The notes beneath the pieces were generated by a model that was given only the letters and a program-made list of their open reading frames with translations, ran no database searches and was not told the origin of the DNA. A stretch of 64,000 nucleotides of DNA from Mobula birostris (lineage: Eukaryota): the NCBI RefSeq assembly GCF_030028105.1, contig NC_092374.1, positions 80,734,948-80,798,947 of the forward strand. Direction: 5' to 3'. Shown here piece after piece: positions 1 to 10,255 of this stretch (within the stretch, counting starts at the first letter, position 1; each line of letters begins with the position of its first letter). The position numbers were made by a program, and so were the translations under genes.

Positions 1-260
1 GCAGCCCAATCGAATCGAGGGAGGAGGCTACACACAGGTCAGGGCGAGAGATTAAAAAGGAACATTCCTGGGATTTCAGTTTCATCCAGCCAGTGAATCA
101 AATCACCAATCATTAGCAAGTGCAAACAAAAATAAGGTAGGGACAAGCAGAGTGACAATTGCATGAGTGGACCAGTGTTAGAGCGGAGAGGCTTTGGCTC
201 AATAGGCTTGGGCAAGGTAGGTTTCTTGCTCTGCATTCTTTGTCAGTTAGATCAGTGAGA

Positions 261-1750
261 ATGGCTCCAAGTGCTGTGTTGTGTTCCTCGTGTGAGATGT
301 GGGAATTTTTGGGAGACCTTCAGCCTTCCTGATAATCTTATCTGCACTTGGTGCACTGAGCTGTAGCTCCTCAGAGAACGTGTAAAGGAACTGGAACTGC
401 AGCTCAATGACCTACAGCTACAGGGAGTAGTCACCCTAGTGTGCAGGAGGCAGATTCTTGACTGACCGTCAGGAGAGGAAAAGGGAACAGACGGGAGTGC
501 AGAGTACCCCTGGGGCCAATCCCCTAAATAATAAGTATACCGTTTTGGATACTGTTGAGGGGGATGCTCTACCTGGGTAACTGCAGCAACTGGGTCACTG
601 CAATGAGTCTGGCGCTATGGCTCAGGAGGAAAGGGGGGGGCAGGAAGAGGACTGCAGTAATGTTAGGGGAGTTAAAGAGCTTAGTTAAAGGCGTACACAC
701 AAGATTCAATGGAAATGAAAGAGAAACCCGGATGGTATGTTGCCTCCCAGATGCCAGGGTCAGGAACATCTCAGCACCAATGATACAAGTAGGAAAGGTG
801 AGGAGGTCTTGAAGAGAGAATTTAGGGAGCTAGGTAGAAAGTTGAAAATCAGGACCTCCAAGGTAGTTGCCTTTGACGCGTCGCCTGTGCCACGCGACAG
901 TGAGGGTAAGAACAGGATGACTTGCAGATGAATGTGTGGCTGAGGAACTGGTGCAGGGAACAGGGGTTCAGATTTCTCAATCATTGGGATCTATTCTGTG
1001 CAAGGTATGACCTGTACAAAAGGGACAGGCTACACCTGAACCACGGGGAGACCAATATCCTTGCAGGCAGGTTTGCTAGAATGGTTAGGGAGAGTTTAAA
1101 CTAATTTGGCAGGTGGATGGGAAACTGAGTCTTAGGGCTAAGGCAGTATGTAGTGAGACTGTCAGGAAGAACATGGCAGAAGACAGTACAAAATTGCAAC
1201 CAGTGGAATGAGTTGCAGTGTAACGTGGGGACAAAATCAAAAAGGGTATGAATATAGGACTGAAAGTTTTATATTTTAATATACGTAGCATACAGAAGAT
1301 GACCTTGTAGCACAGTTAGAAATTGGCAGGCATGATGTTGTGGGCATCACTGAGTTGTGGCTGAAAGATTACAGTTGTGAGTTTAACATCCAAGGATACA
1401 CATTGTATCAAAAGGACAGACAGGTAGGCAGAGATGGTGGTGTGGCTCTGTTGGTAATAAATTTAATCAAGTTTTTAAAAAGGTGACATAGGACTGGAAG
1501 ATGTAAAACTGTTAAAGGTAGAGTTAAGAAACTGCAAGGGTAAAAAGACCCTGATGGGATTTGTATACAGGCCTCCTAACAGTAGCCAGAATGTGGGCTA
1601 CAACTTACAAAGGGAAATAGAAAAGGCGTGTAGAAAGGGCAGTGTTATGGGAGATTTCAATATGCAAATAGATTGGTGCCGGATCCCAGAGGAGAAGATT
1701 TGTAGACTTTGTAGAATGCTTACGAGATGGCTTTTTTAGAGCAGCTTGTG
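261..1750 (+). mobile_element. Degenerate CR1 LINE, 5' half: ORF1 (Cys-rich N-terminus plus SGNH esterase-like domain) and start of ORF2 (APE endonuclease); lies in NAA38 intron 2
   Basis: ATG 261 reads MAPSAVLCSSCEMWEF. ORF 922-1104 has FRFLNHWDLF...DRLHLN...LAGRFAR (CR1 ORF1 esterase). Downstream GITELWL, VYRPPNS and MGDFN are endonuclease motifs. Many stops and frameshifts; boundaries approximate. Confidence 0.85.
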
Positions 1751-2199
1751 GTTTTCTGGGGGTTGGGGGGGGGGTGCTGGGGAGAAGCAGAATCTCATAT
1801 GTAGGATCACAGAACAGTCTAATAGCAGGGTAGTGCTGGATAAGCTATTTGCAAACATACAGTGTCATGAAGGTGCAAATCTGTTGATCTGCTCTGGCAA
1901 TGGAGTGAGTAAATGATTGTGGATGGGATGTCCATCTAGCGGCTGCTCTGTACTGGGTGGTGATGAGCTCTGTGTGAGTTGTTGAAGCTGCTAAGTGAGG
2001 AGTGTCCCATCGTACTCCTGACTTGAGTCTTATAGATGGTGGACAGGCTTCAGGGACTCCAGAGGCCAGTTTCTCGCTGAAGGATTACCAGCCTCCGCCT
2101 GCTATTGTAGCCACACCATGTATACAAATACTGCACTGCATGTTCCCATTACACTTAATCATTTTTTAAAAATTCTCCCCCACATTCCCATGAGCTCTC

Positions 2200-2390
2200 C
2201 CACACTCTCCACCCCTAACCCACAACAGGGGAAACCTGCAGCGGCAGATTAACCCACCGACCCGACACCTGGACGGGATGTGGGAGGAAGCTGGAGCACC
2301 TGGAGGAAACCCACGCAGTCACCGGGAGAACGTGCAAACTCCACAGAGTGATGGAACCAGGGTCAGTGGAACTGTGCCACCCATTATCAT
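2200..2390 (-). mobile_element. V-SINE/HE1-like tRNA-derived SINE
   Basis: Reverse complement contains the V-SINE core GTGACTGCGTGGGTTTCCTCCAGGTGCTCCAGCTTCCTCCCACATCC; approximate ends. Confidence 0.7.
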
Positions 2391-2524
2391 GGAACTATGC
2401 TGGCCTTAGAAATGAGAATAGGATACAGGGGAGCTTTATTACTGGATGGCCCAGGAGAGGGGCCAGGGAACTGGACAAACAAGGGAGATTCACACAAACA
2501 CAGCAGCTGCCTCACCCACTGCAC

Positions 2525-2708
2525 CTGTCGGCTTCAGGTACTCCTGAGCAGAGCCCAAGATGACGTTGCAGTCACGGTCAGTGCACAGGAAGAGGCCAAT
2601 CAGCGTCCTGCCATCGGTCATCCGGATCCGCATGCTCTTATTCAGTAGACTCTCCAACGTGTGCCTGGCGTGCGAGTACGACCCGTCACTTCCCTGGGTG
2701 TCCTGTGC
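2525..2708 (-). CDS. NAA38: NAA38 (LSMD1; NatC auxiliary subunit, Sm/LSm fold), coding exon 2
   Basis: Encodes [61 protein letters not shown], matching the NAA38 Sm domain. Polypyrimidine tract plus CAG acceptor (phase 0); AG|GTGCAG donor (phase 1). Exon 3 was not found in the window. Confidence 0.95.
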
Positions 2709-3369
2709 CTGTAGAACACAGAGGGAGGGAAGCATAAGGAATCACCTCCCCCTGAGTCCCCTCCTCCTCCTTCCCTTTCTTCTATTTTCCATTCTCCTCT
2801 CCCATCAGATTCCTTTCTCTCCAGCCCTTTACCTTTTTTTTTAAACCTGCCTGGATTCACCTATCACTTTCTTGCTATCCTCCATCCCCTCCCCCTACCT
2901 CCTTAGTCTTCCCCCTTCCTTTTGGCTCAAAAAGTCTACTGTTTATTCATTTCCATAGATGCTACCTGATCTGCTGGGTTCCTGCAGCATTCTGTGTGTG
3001 TTGCTTCAGAGGTTGTCTACCTGGCATGAGTGGTCGCATAACCAGGACCATGATACGCACCAGCTGCTCGTACGACCATCCACCACCTACTCCCATGGCT
3101 TCATGTGACCCTGATCGCGGGGTGGGGGGGGGGGCTAAACAGATGCTACATCTTACCCAAGTGGTGACCTTCAGGGTGGAGGAGGGAAGGAGCACCTCAC
3201 ATCTCCATTGGTAGAGGTGCATCTCCACCTTGCCATCCAAGTGACTACTGTTGGCAAAATCTTAAGATGGTGACAATGGAGGCGTACAGGAGTGAGCTAG
3301 ATCTGCCGGTTGAGCGTGTCAAAACTCACTGATAGTAATGCATTGTGCTAACGACTACACTACCGTCCT

Positions 3370-3625
3370 GGTGGCAAGGTAGAGTAATGGTTCACACACA
3401 CTTTACAGAACCAACAGCCCAGGTTCAACTCCCGCCACCCACTGTCCGCAAGGCATTTATATGTTCACCCGTGACTGCGTGGGTTTCCTCCAGTTTCCTC
3501 ATACATTCCGAAGGTGTAACGGTTGACAGGTAAATTGGTCATTATAGATTATCCTATGATTAGGCTGGGGTTAAATTGGGTGACATAGCTCAAAGGGCCA
3601 ATTCTGTACTTTATCTCAATAAAAT
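3370..3625 (+). mobile_element. V-SINE/HE1-like SINE
   Basis: B-box-like GGTTCAACTCC, V-core GTGACTGCGTGGGTTTCCTCC and A-rich end; approximate ends. Confidence 0.65.
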
Positions 3626-3699
3626 TTTAAAAAAACCTCTTTAGTCCATGAACACTATCTCATGGTCCCTTTTCGCAATATTTATTTATTGCTGAAACT

Positions 3700-4245
3700 T
3701 GTAACAGAATGTGTACTGACTGGCTGCATTGTGGCCTGGTATGGGAACGCCAAGGCCTTTAAATAGAAAAACCCTCCAAAAGGCAGTGGATTCAGCCCAA
3801 TACATCACGGGTAAAACCCCCCCAACCACTGAGCACATCTACATGAAAACTGTCACAGGAAAGCAGCATCCATCATCAGCAATCCACACCACCCAGGCCA
3901 TGCTCTCTTCTCACAGTAAGAAGGTACAAGAACCTCAGGTCTCTCACCAGCAGGTTCAGGAACAGTTACTACCCCTCAGCCATCAGGCTCTTAAATAAAA
4001 ACTACACTCATTCCATTTCAGGTGTTCCCACAACTGGTGATCTCACTTTAAGGACCTTTTATTTGGTTATTTCATATTCATTATTTATTATTACTATTTA
4101 TTATCTGCAGTTACACAGTTTGTTGTTCATTGATCCTGTTTACAGTTACTGTTCTATAGATTTGGTGACTATGCCCGCAGAAAAAAGAATCTCAGGGTTG
4201 TATGTAGTAGGTAGTCTGATAATAAATTTTACTTTGAACTTTTAA
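3700..4245 (+). mobile_element. 3' fragment of a Rex1/Babar-like LINE family. Further copies at ~10940-11350, 14650-15300, 23420-23990, 47400-47670, 59900-61170 and 63350-63530
   Basis: Degenerate C-terminal RT motifs (LTGCIVAWYGN...LQKAVDSAQYITG...HPGHALFS...TRFRNSYYP) and a TTTGAAC-type tail. Confidence 0.7.
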
Positions 4246-4850
4246 AATTTCACAACGGGTCAGTATTAATAGACATAATTCTCATTCAAATCTCGGCCCA
4301 TAACGTCCACTGTTTATTCCCCTCCATAAATGCTGCCTGACCTGCGTTCGTCCAACATTTTGTGTTATAATGGCGTTCCAGCGTATGCACAATCTCTTGT
4401 GTTTCTGATTAAAAGTCCATTTTAGCGTCAAATGATCACAGCGTTGTTATTCTCGGGGGTGGTTAGGGTTTTTGATGTTAAGAGCAGAATGGTTGAAGTG
4501 CAGAGGTGATTCCTGAGCCCGGAGCTGAACCTGTCCATTCAATTTGGACAGTTTACATTGGACCCAGACTCTCCGTACAATGATGAGCCAACACAAGAGC
4601 TGGGACCGGCGGGGGTAGTCTCTGGATCTATGACCTCAGATTGGTTCAACAGTCCTTGCTCCCCTCCCTGTCCTCTCACCACCCCACGCCAACTCATCAG
4701 CAGGAGTGGGACACCCGCAGCCCCAGGCCATCGGCACAACCAGTCACTCTCTAGGCCGGGACAACCCCTCTCCCTCGGCCCTTTACCGCTACCTGGGACG
4801 GTGACGCTCACAGCAGAACCAAATCCTTACCCCAGGGCGGCGTTACCCAC

Positions 4851-4937
4851 CTCCGGTCCGTTACGCTGCTCCTCGGCGCACAATTCTCCATTTTCACCTG
4901 TTCCAGTCAGTGCCTCAACTGCCGGCACCGCCGCCAT
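4851..4937 (-). CDS. NAA38: NAA38 coding exon 1
   Basis: GAGATGGCGG start; encodes MAAVPAVEALTGTGENGELCAEEQRNGPE (29 codons). GAG|GTGGGT donor is phase 0, compatible with exon 2. Lies in a CpG island head-to-head with CYB5D1. Confidence 0.85.
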
Positions 4938-5460
4938 CTCACGACTGCCCCGCAAAGCTGGACATCGCGAGAAGAAATGCCCCGCAGCGGCCAAACATCG
5001 CGAGAGCAGATAGTTGTCAACCACCCCGAGCAGCCAAATATCGCGAAACCAGACATATTTTCCCCCCGCCCACGCAGCGGGAAAACATCGCGAGGACAGT
5101 CGGATGTCAATCGCCTCAGCTTCCCAGACGTCCCCTGTTCATCAGCCTGCCGCCTAAATTACGCATCGACATGCCAAATATCGCGAGAATAGATTAATCC
5201 TATCGTTCGTGGGAGAAGCTGCCCCACCAGAGTCAAACATCGCGAAAACTGTTGAAGCTCCTCCTTCACCAAAGCTGTGCGGCAATTCTAAGTTCAATAT
5301 CTTATATCCTCTGGTTTTATACATGAGATTAAAATAATAATTAAAATATGAATGATGTGTTCTGATTCGGCTAGTGACACGCGAAGCATACCGGTAGTTG
5401 TAGTTTGATACGGACACTGACGTTCCTGCCATCTCCATGGTGACGTTGGACGCCAGCGCC
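4938..5460. promoter_or_regulatory. Bidirectional CpG-island promoter shared by NAA38 and CYB5D1
   Basis: Divergent start codons 524 bp apart. Six AYATCGCGA(R) motifs at 4965, 4998, 5041, 5088, 5181 and 5240. YY1-like CCGCCATCT at 4931-4939. X-box-like ATCTCCATGGTGAC at 5431-5444. TGACGT CRE half-sites at 5418 and 5441. Confidence 0.85.
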
Positions 5461-5581
5461 ATGCTGCACTCCCGTTACTACTCTCCGAATGAGGTGGCGG
5501 TGCACAACACGGTGGACGACCTGTGGGTGTCCTACCTGGGCAGGGTGTTCGACCTCACCCCACTGGCCCAGGAGTTCCAAG
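5461..5581 (+). CDS. CYB5D1: CYB5D1 (cytochrome b5 domain-containing 1; ciliary radial-spoke protein), exon 1
   Basis: GCCATG Kozak context; encodes [41 protein letters not shown] (cyt b5 fold, HN...W motif). G|GTATTC donor, phase 1. An in-frame upstream ATG at 5437 could add 8 aa. Confidence 0.95.
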
Positions 5582-5689
5582 GTATTCGAGTCTCATGATC
5601 CGAGAGGAAGCGTGCTGGGGTGGTGGCCTACGCGGAGGGAGCGCAGCTGGTGCTGAGGAACCGTCGCGGGTATAGCGGTCAAAGTTAAG

Positions 5690-6593
5690 GGAGCGCCGCA
5701 GGTCGAGCAGCCAGAGCTGAGGCAGCGCCGGGGGTCGGGCGGCGAGAGCTGAGGCAGCGCCGGGGGTCGGGCGGCGAGAGCTGAGGCAGCGCCGGGGGTC
5801 GGGCGGCGAGAGCTGAGGCAGCGCCGGGGGTCGGGCGGCGAGAGCTGAGGCAGCGCCGGGGGTCGGGCGGCGAGAGCTGAGGCAGCGCCGGGGGTCGGGC
5901 GGCGAGAGCTGAGGCAGCGCCGGGGGTCGGGCGGCGAGAGCTGAGGCAGCGCCGGGGGTCGGGCGGCGAGAGCTGAGGCAGCGCCGGGGGTCGGGCGGCG
6001 AGAGCTGAGGCAGCGCCGGGGGTCGGGCGGCGAGAGCTGAGGCAGCGCCGGGGGTCGGGCGGCGAGAGCTGAGGCAGCGCCGGGGGTCGGGCGGCGAGAG
6101 CTGAGGCAGCGCCGGGGGTCGGGCGGCGAGAGCTGAGGCAGCGCCGGGGGTCGGGCGGCGAGAGCTGAGGCAGCGCCGCGGGTCGAGCGGCCAGAGCGGA
6201 GGCAGAACCGGGGGTCGGGCGGCGAGAGCTGTGGGAGCGCCGGGGGTCGGGCGGCGAGAGCTGAGGCAGAGCTGGGGGTCGGGCGGCGAGAGCTGAGGCA
6301 GCGCCGGGGGTCGGGCGGCGAGAGCTGAGGCAGCGCCGGGGGTCGGGCGGCGAGAGCTGAGGCAGCGCCGGGGGTCGGGCGGCGAGAGCTGAGGCAGCGC
6401 CGGGGGTCGGGCGGCGAGAGCTGTGGGAGCGCCGGGGGTCGGGCGGCGAGAGCTGAGGCAGCGCCGGGGATCGGGCGGCGAGAGCTGTGGGAGCGCCGGG
6501 GGTCGGGCGGCGAGAGCTGAGGCAGCGCCGGGGATCGGGCGGCGAGAGCTGTGGGAGCGCCGGGGGTCGGGCGGCGAGAGCTGAGGCAGCGCT
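5690..6593 (+). repeat. GC-rich 32-bp minisatellite, ~28 copies, in CYB5D1 intron 1
   Basis: Unit GCTGAGGCAGCGCCGGGGGTCGGGCGGCGAGA; explains the 32-aa periodicity of ORF 5593..6675. Confidence 0.97.
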
Positions 6594-6903
6594 GCAAGGC
6601 GTGCGGACAGAACTGAGGGAGCGACGTGGGTATATCAGTCTTCACCAATGGACTCAGAGACTCCACTTCAGCCATTGGGCCTTCAACTTCCCCACTGGAC
6701 TCTAGTTATCCCATCTTATTAAAGAGCCTGATGGTTGAGGGATAATAACTCTCTTTGGACTTGCTGGAGTGAATCCTGAGTCTCTAATACCTTCTACCTA
6801 ATGACAGCAGCAGAAACCATTTCTGTGATGGTAACAGAAAAACTAAGGTATGAGCTGGGCTTCGATGGAGACCACAGCTTTGCGCCATCTTGACCAATCT
6901 CTG

Positions 6904-8320
6904 CAACACTCACAACACTCTGGAGGAATTCAGTAGGTCGGGCAGCATCCGTGGAAACGATGAGTCGACGTTTCGGGCGGGAACCCTTCGTCAGGACTGT
7001 AGAGGGAAGGGACAGAGGCCCTATAAAGAAGGTGGGGGAGGGTGGGAAGGAGAAGGCTGGTAGGTTCCAGGTGAAAAACCAGTGAGGGGAAAGATAAAGG
7101 GGTGGGGGAGGGGAAGCAGGGAGGTGATAGGCAGGAAAGGTGAAGGAATAGGGGAAAACACAATGGGTAGTAGAAGGAGGCGGAACCATGAGGGAGGTGG
7201 TAGGCAGCTGGGGGAGAGGGCAGAGTGACATAGGGACAGGGGAAGGGAGGGGGAGGGAATTACCAGAAGCTGGGGAATTCTATGTTCATACCAAGGGGCT
7301 GGAGACTACTTAGATGGTATATGAGGTGTTGCTCTTCCAACCTGAGTTTAGCGTCATCATGGCAGTAGAGGAGTAGTAGACCCCACCACTAAGCACATCT
7401 TTCCCTCTCCACCCCTCTCCGCCTTCTGCAGGAATGGGTCCCTCTGCGACTCCCTGGTCCACACATCCCTCCCCACTGATCTCCCACCCGGCACTTATCC
7501 CTGTAAGCGCAAGTGCTACACCTGTCCCTACACCTCCTCTCTTGCCACCATTCAGGGCCCCAAACAGTACTTCCAGGTGAGGCAACACTTCACTTGTGAG
7601 TCTGTTGGGGTCACCTATTGCATCCGGTGATTCTGGTGCGGCCTCCTCTACATCGGTGAAACCTGACACAGATTGGGGACCGCTTCGTCGAGCACCTCCG
7701 CTCGTCCGCCAAAACAGACAGGATCTCCCGGTTGCCACCCAGTTCAACTGTGCTTCCCATTCCCATTCAGATATGTCCATACATGGCCTCCTCTACTGCC
7801 ATGATGAGGCTAAACTCAGGTTGGAGGAGCAACACCTCATATACCGTCTAGGTAGTCTCCAGCCCCTTGGTATGAACATTGAATTCTCCAACTTCCGGTA
7901 ATTCCCTCCCCCTCCCCCTCCCCCTCCCCCTCCCCCTCCCTCCCTTCCCCTATCCCTATGTCGCTCTGCCCCCTCCCCCAGCTGCCTATCACCTCCCTCA
8001 TGGTTCCGCCTCCTTCTACTACCCATTGTGTTTTCCCCATTCCTTCTTCACCTTTCCTGCCTATCACCTCTCTGCTTCCCCTCCCCGACCCCTTTATCTT
8101 TCCCCTTACTGGTTTTTCACCTGGAACCTATCAGCCTTCTCCTTCCCACCCTCCCCCCACCTTCTTTATAGGGCCTCTGCCCCTTCCCTCTACAGTCCTG
8201 ACGAAAGGTTCCGGCCCGAAACATCAACCCATCTTTTCGACGGATGCTGCCCGACCTGCTGAGTTCCTCCAGCGTGTTGTGAGTGTTGCTTTGACCCCAG
8301 CATCTGCAGAGTATTTTGTG
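6904..8320 (+). mobile_element. 5'-truncated Penelope-like element (GIY-YIG endonuclease 3' part) with inverted pseudo-LTR arm and 14-bp TSD
   Basis: Plus strand 7500-7900 gives CKCYTC, VTYCI...CGLLYIGET...EHLR...VATQFN...EEQHLIYRLGSLQPLGMNIEF across frameshifts. 6904-7373 is the reverse complement of ~7788-8289. TSD TTGACCAATCTCTG (6890-6903) / TTGACCAGTCTCTG (8321-8334). Confidence 0.9.
6963..6998 (-). ncRNA. Minimal type I hammerhead ribozyme motif (PLE-associated)
   Basis: Minus strand reads AGTC-CTGACGA-A-GGGTTCCCGCCC-GAAAC-GTC-GACT: core intact, stem I AGTC/GACT, palindromic ACGT stem III. Confidence 0.75.
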
Positions 8321-8653
8321 TTGACCAGTCTCTGATTGGCTATGCAGAATCTTATGGTGGGGGTGAGGGAGAGGGGAAATAAACAAGTTTGTCCAACTTC
8401 TCCTTGTGGTTAATACTCTCAAATATTCTGATAACCTCTTCTGCACCCTCTCCGAGGTGAAAGATCCCTTCGCCCTTGAGGTGTTAGAAACCCACCTGGG
8501 TTGGGTAACAAGACCTGAGGTCTGCTTACCACACCCTTTCTGCACCCCCCTTGACACAGAGAAGCTCCATGGAGAGTGTAGGTGTGCTCAGACTGTTTGG
8601 CTTTCCTTTCCCCTCTTCCTTCATCCATTCCCATTCTGAATTCTTCCGATTAG

Positions 8654-8730
8654 GTGATGTTCTGCTGAAACCTATTATAGAAGCAGCTGGGCAAGACATC
8701 AGCCACTGGTTCGATGAGGAACGAGAAGAT
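8654..8730 (+). CDS. CYB5D1: CYB5D1 exon 2
   Basis: TTAG| acceptor; encodes (G)[25 protein letters not shown]; |GTGAGT donor; 77 nt, phases consistent. Confidence 0.95.
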
Positions 8731-8964
8731 GTGAGTAGAGTTTTAAGCTCAGGAGGCTATGGTGTGACAGAAGTGAAGATGGAAACGTGGCGGTCAGTGT
8801 GGACATGGTGTTCCAAAGGCCCTTCCTCCGTGCGGTATGGTTCTCTGACTGTATTAGTTTCACCTTGTGGAGAAGAAGATCAAGTGTGCCGATAGTACCT
8901 TTTAATAATTGCAAGCAATTACCATCTTGCACTGAACAATGTCTCAATCCTGACGACCACCCAT

Positions 8965-9480
8965 GGTGAACATGACTATAACGGCCTGGGAGTCAGAGTT
9001 TGAACTTTCAATCCAGGCGTCCTCTGCAAGGAGTTTGTATGTCCTCCCTGTGGAATGCATGGGTTTTCCGGACCAGTTATTAGGTTAATTGATCTTTGCA
9101 TATTGTCCTGTGATTATGCTAGGGTTAAATGTTGTTTATTTGGTGATATAACACAGAACAGCCCTTTGAGCCACACTGCCCCCAGCAATCCCTGACAACC
9201 CCGATTAACCCTAACTGAATCATGGGACAATGAATAATGACCAATTAACCTACTAACTGTTTTGTCTTTGGAATGAGGGAGGAAACCGGAGCATCCAGGG
9301 ATAACCCGCGCATTCCACAGGGGTTACATACAGAGGATGCCAGGATTGAACTCCAAACTCTGGTGACCTAAGCTGTAGGGACGTTGCGCTAACCACTACA
9401 CAACAGTCACATCCAAATCAGGGATTGCCGGGCATTGCGGTTGGGAGGGCCTATTCCACGCCGTATCTCTAAACAAACAA
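8965..9480. mobile_element. Two nested V-SINE-like SINEs in opposite orientation
   Basis: A plus-strand V-core fragment (GTATGTCCTCCCTGTGGAATGCATGGGTTTTCC) is interrupted by a minus-strand copy (GGGAGGAAACCGGAGCATCCAGGG); approximate. Confidence 0.55.
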
Positions 9481-9894
9481 ATAACATCCAACACACACAA
9501 AATGCTGGTGAACACAGCAGGCCAGGCAGTATCTATAGGAAGAGGTACAGCCAACGTTTCGGGCCGAGACCCTTCGTCATAACATAACTGGCAGCTTGCC
9601 AGAAAGGAACCAATTACAAAGGTGTTGATTGAATTGTGTTATCCAACAACTCCAGGTAGTTGAGTACTGATCGCAGAGTACCACAATGAACCATTTGTCT
9701 TGACTAGCCTGCAATTCCTTTTACTTATCCAAGTGACCAATGCAGCTCATGCACCATCCGGAACATCTTTGAGAAGGAGGTGGTGAGTTACCCCCTTCAG
9801 CTGCTGCATTCTCTGGATTGAAGGTTTCCCAATATTACCTTGAAATAGGGATTCCAGGATCTAGAACTGGTGAGGGAGCAGGTGGCGGGGCAGA

Positions 9895-10255
9895 GGTACG
9901 TCTCTACCAAAGGAGGTGTAAGGAGCTCCTTCCCTCTGCTAGCCTGCAGGTCACCTTTGGGCAAGGTGTAGCACCTGATTAGCACCCTCCCCCCACCCCC
10001 GATCAGGGTCACGTGGAATCATGGGAGCAGGTGGTGTCTATCACAAGTCCTGGTTCTTCGACCACTGACACCAGGCAGACACTCTCTGAAGAGTATCAGT
10101 AATGGCTGGGGTCACTTGTCTTGTAAAGGCACTGCCCAGCTGCCCAGAAGAAAGCAATAGCAAGCCACTTCTGTAGAAAAATTTGCCAAGAGCAATCATG
10201 GTCATGGAGAGCACATGATTACCCACGTCATACGGCGCGGCACATGATGGTAAGG
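9895..10255 (+). mobile_element. RTE-related short interspersed element (homologous copies at ~3010-3240 minus and ~47065-47395 plus)
   Basis: Three mutually similar copies in the window; the longer ones contain GAAG(A/G)CAAT(A/G)GCAA(A/G)CCACT, the motif seen in RTE/BovB-mobilised SINEs. Confidence 0.55.

Noticed and set aside
4558-5197. Overlapping ORFs across the bidirectional promoter
   Set aside because: Expected in GC-rich CpG islands; no homology or splice support.
5593-6675. 360-aa repetitive ORF on the minus strand
   Set aside because: By-product of the stop-free, GC-rich 32-bp minisatellite (3 units = 32 aa); intronic, with no domain signal.
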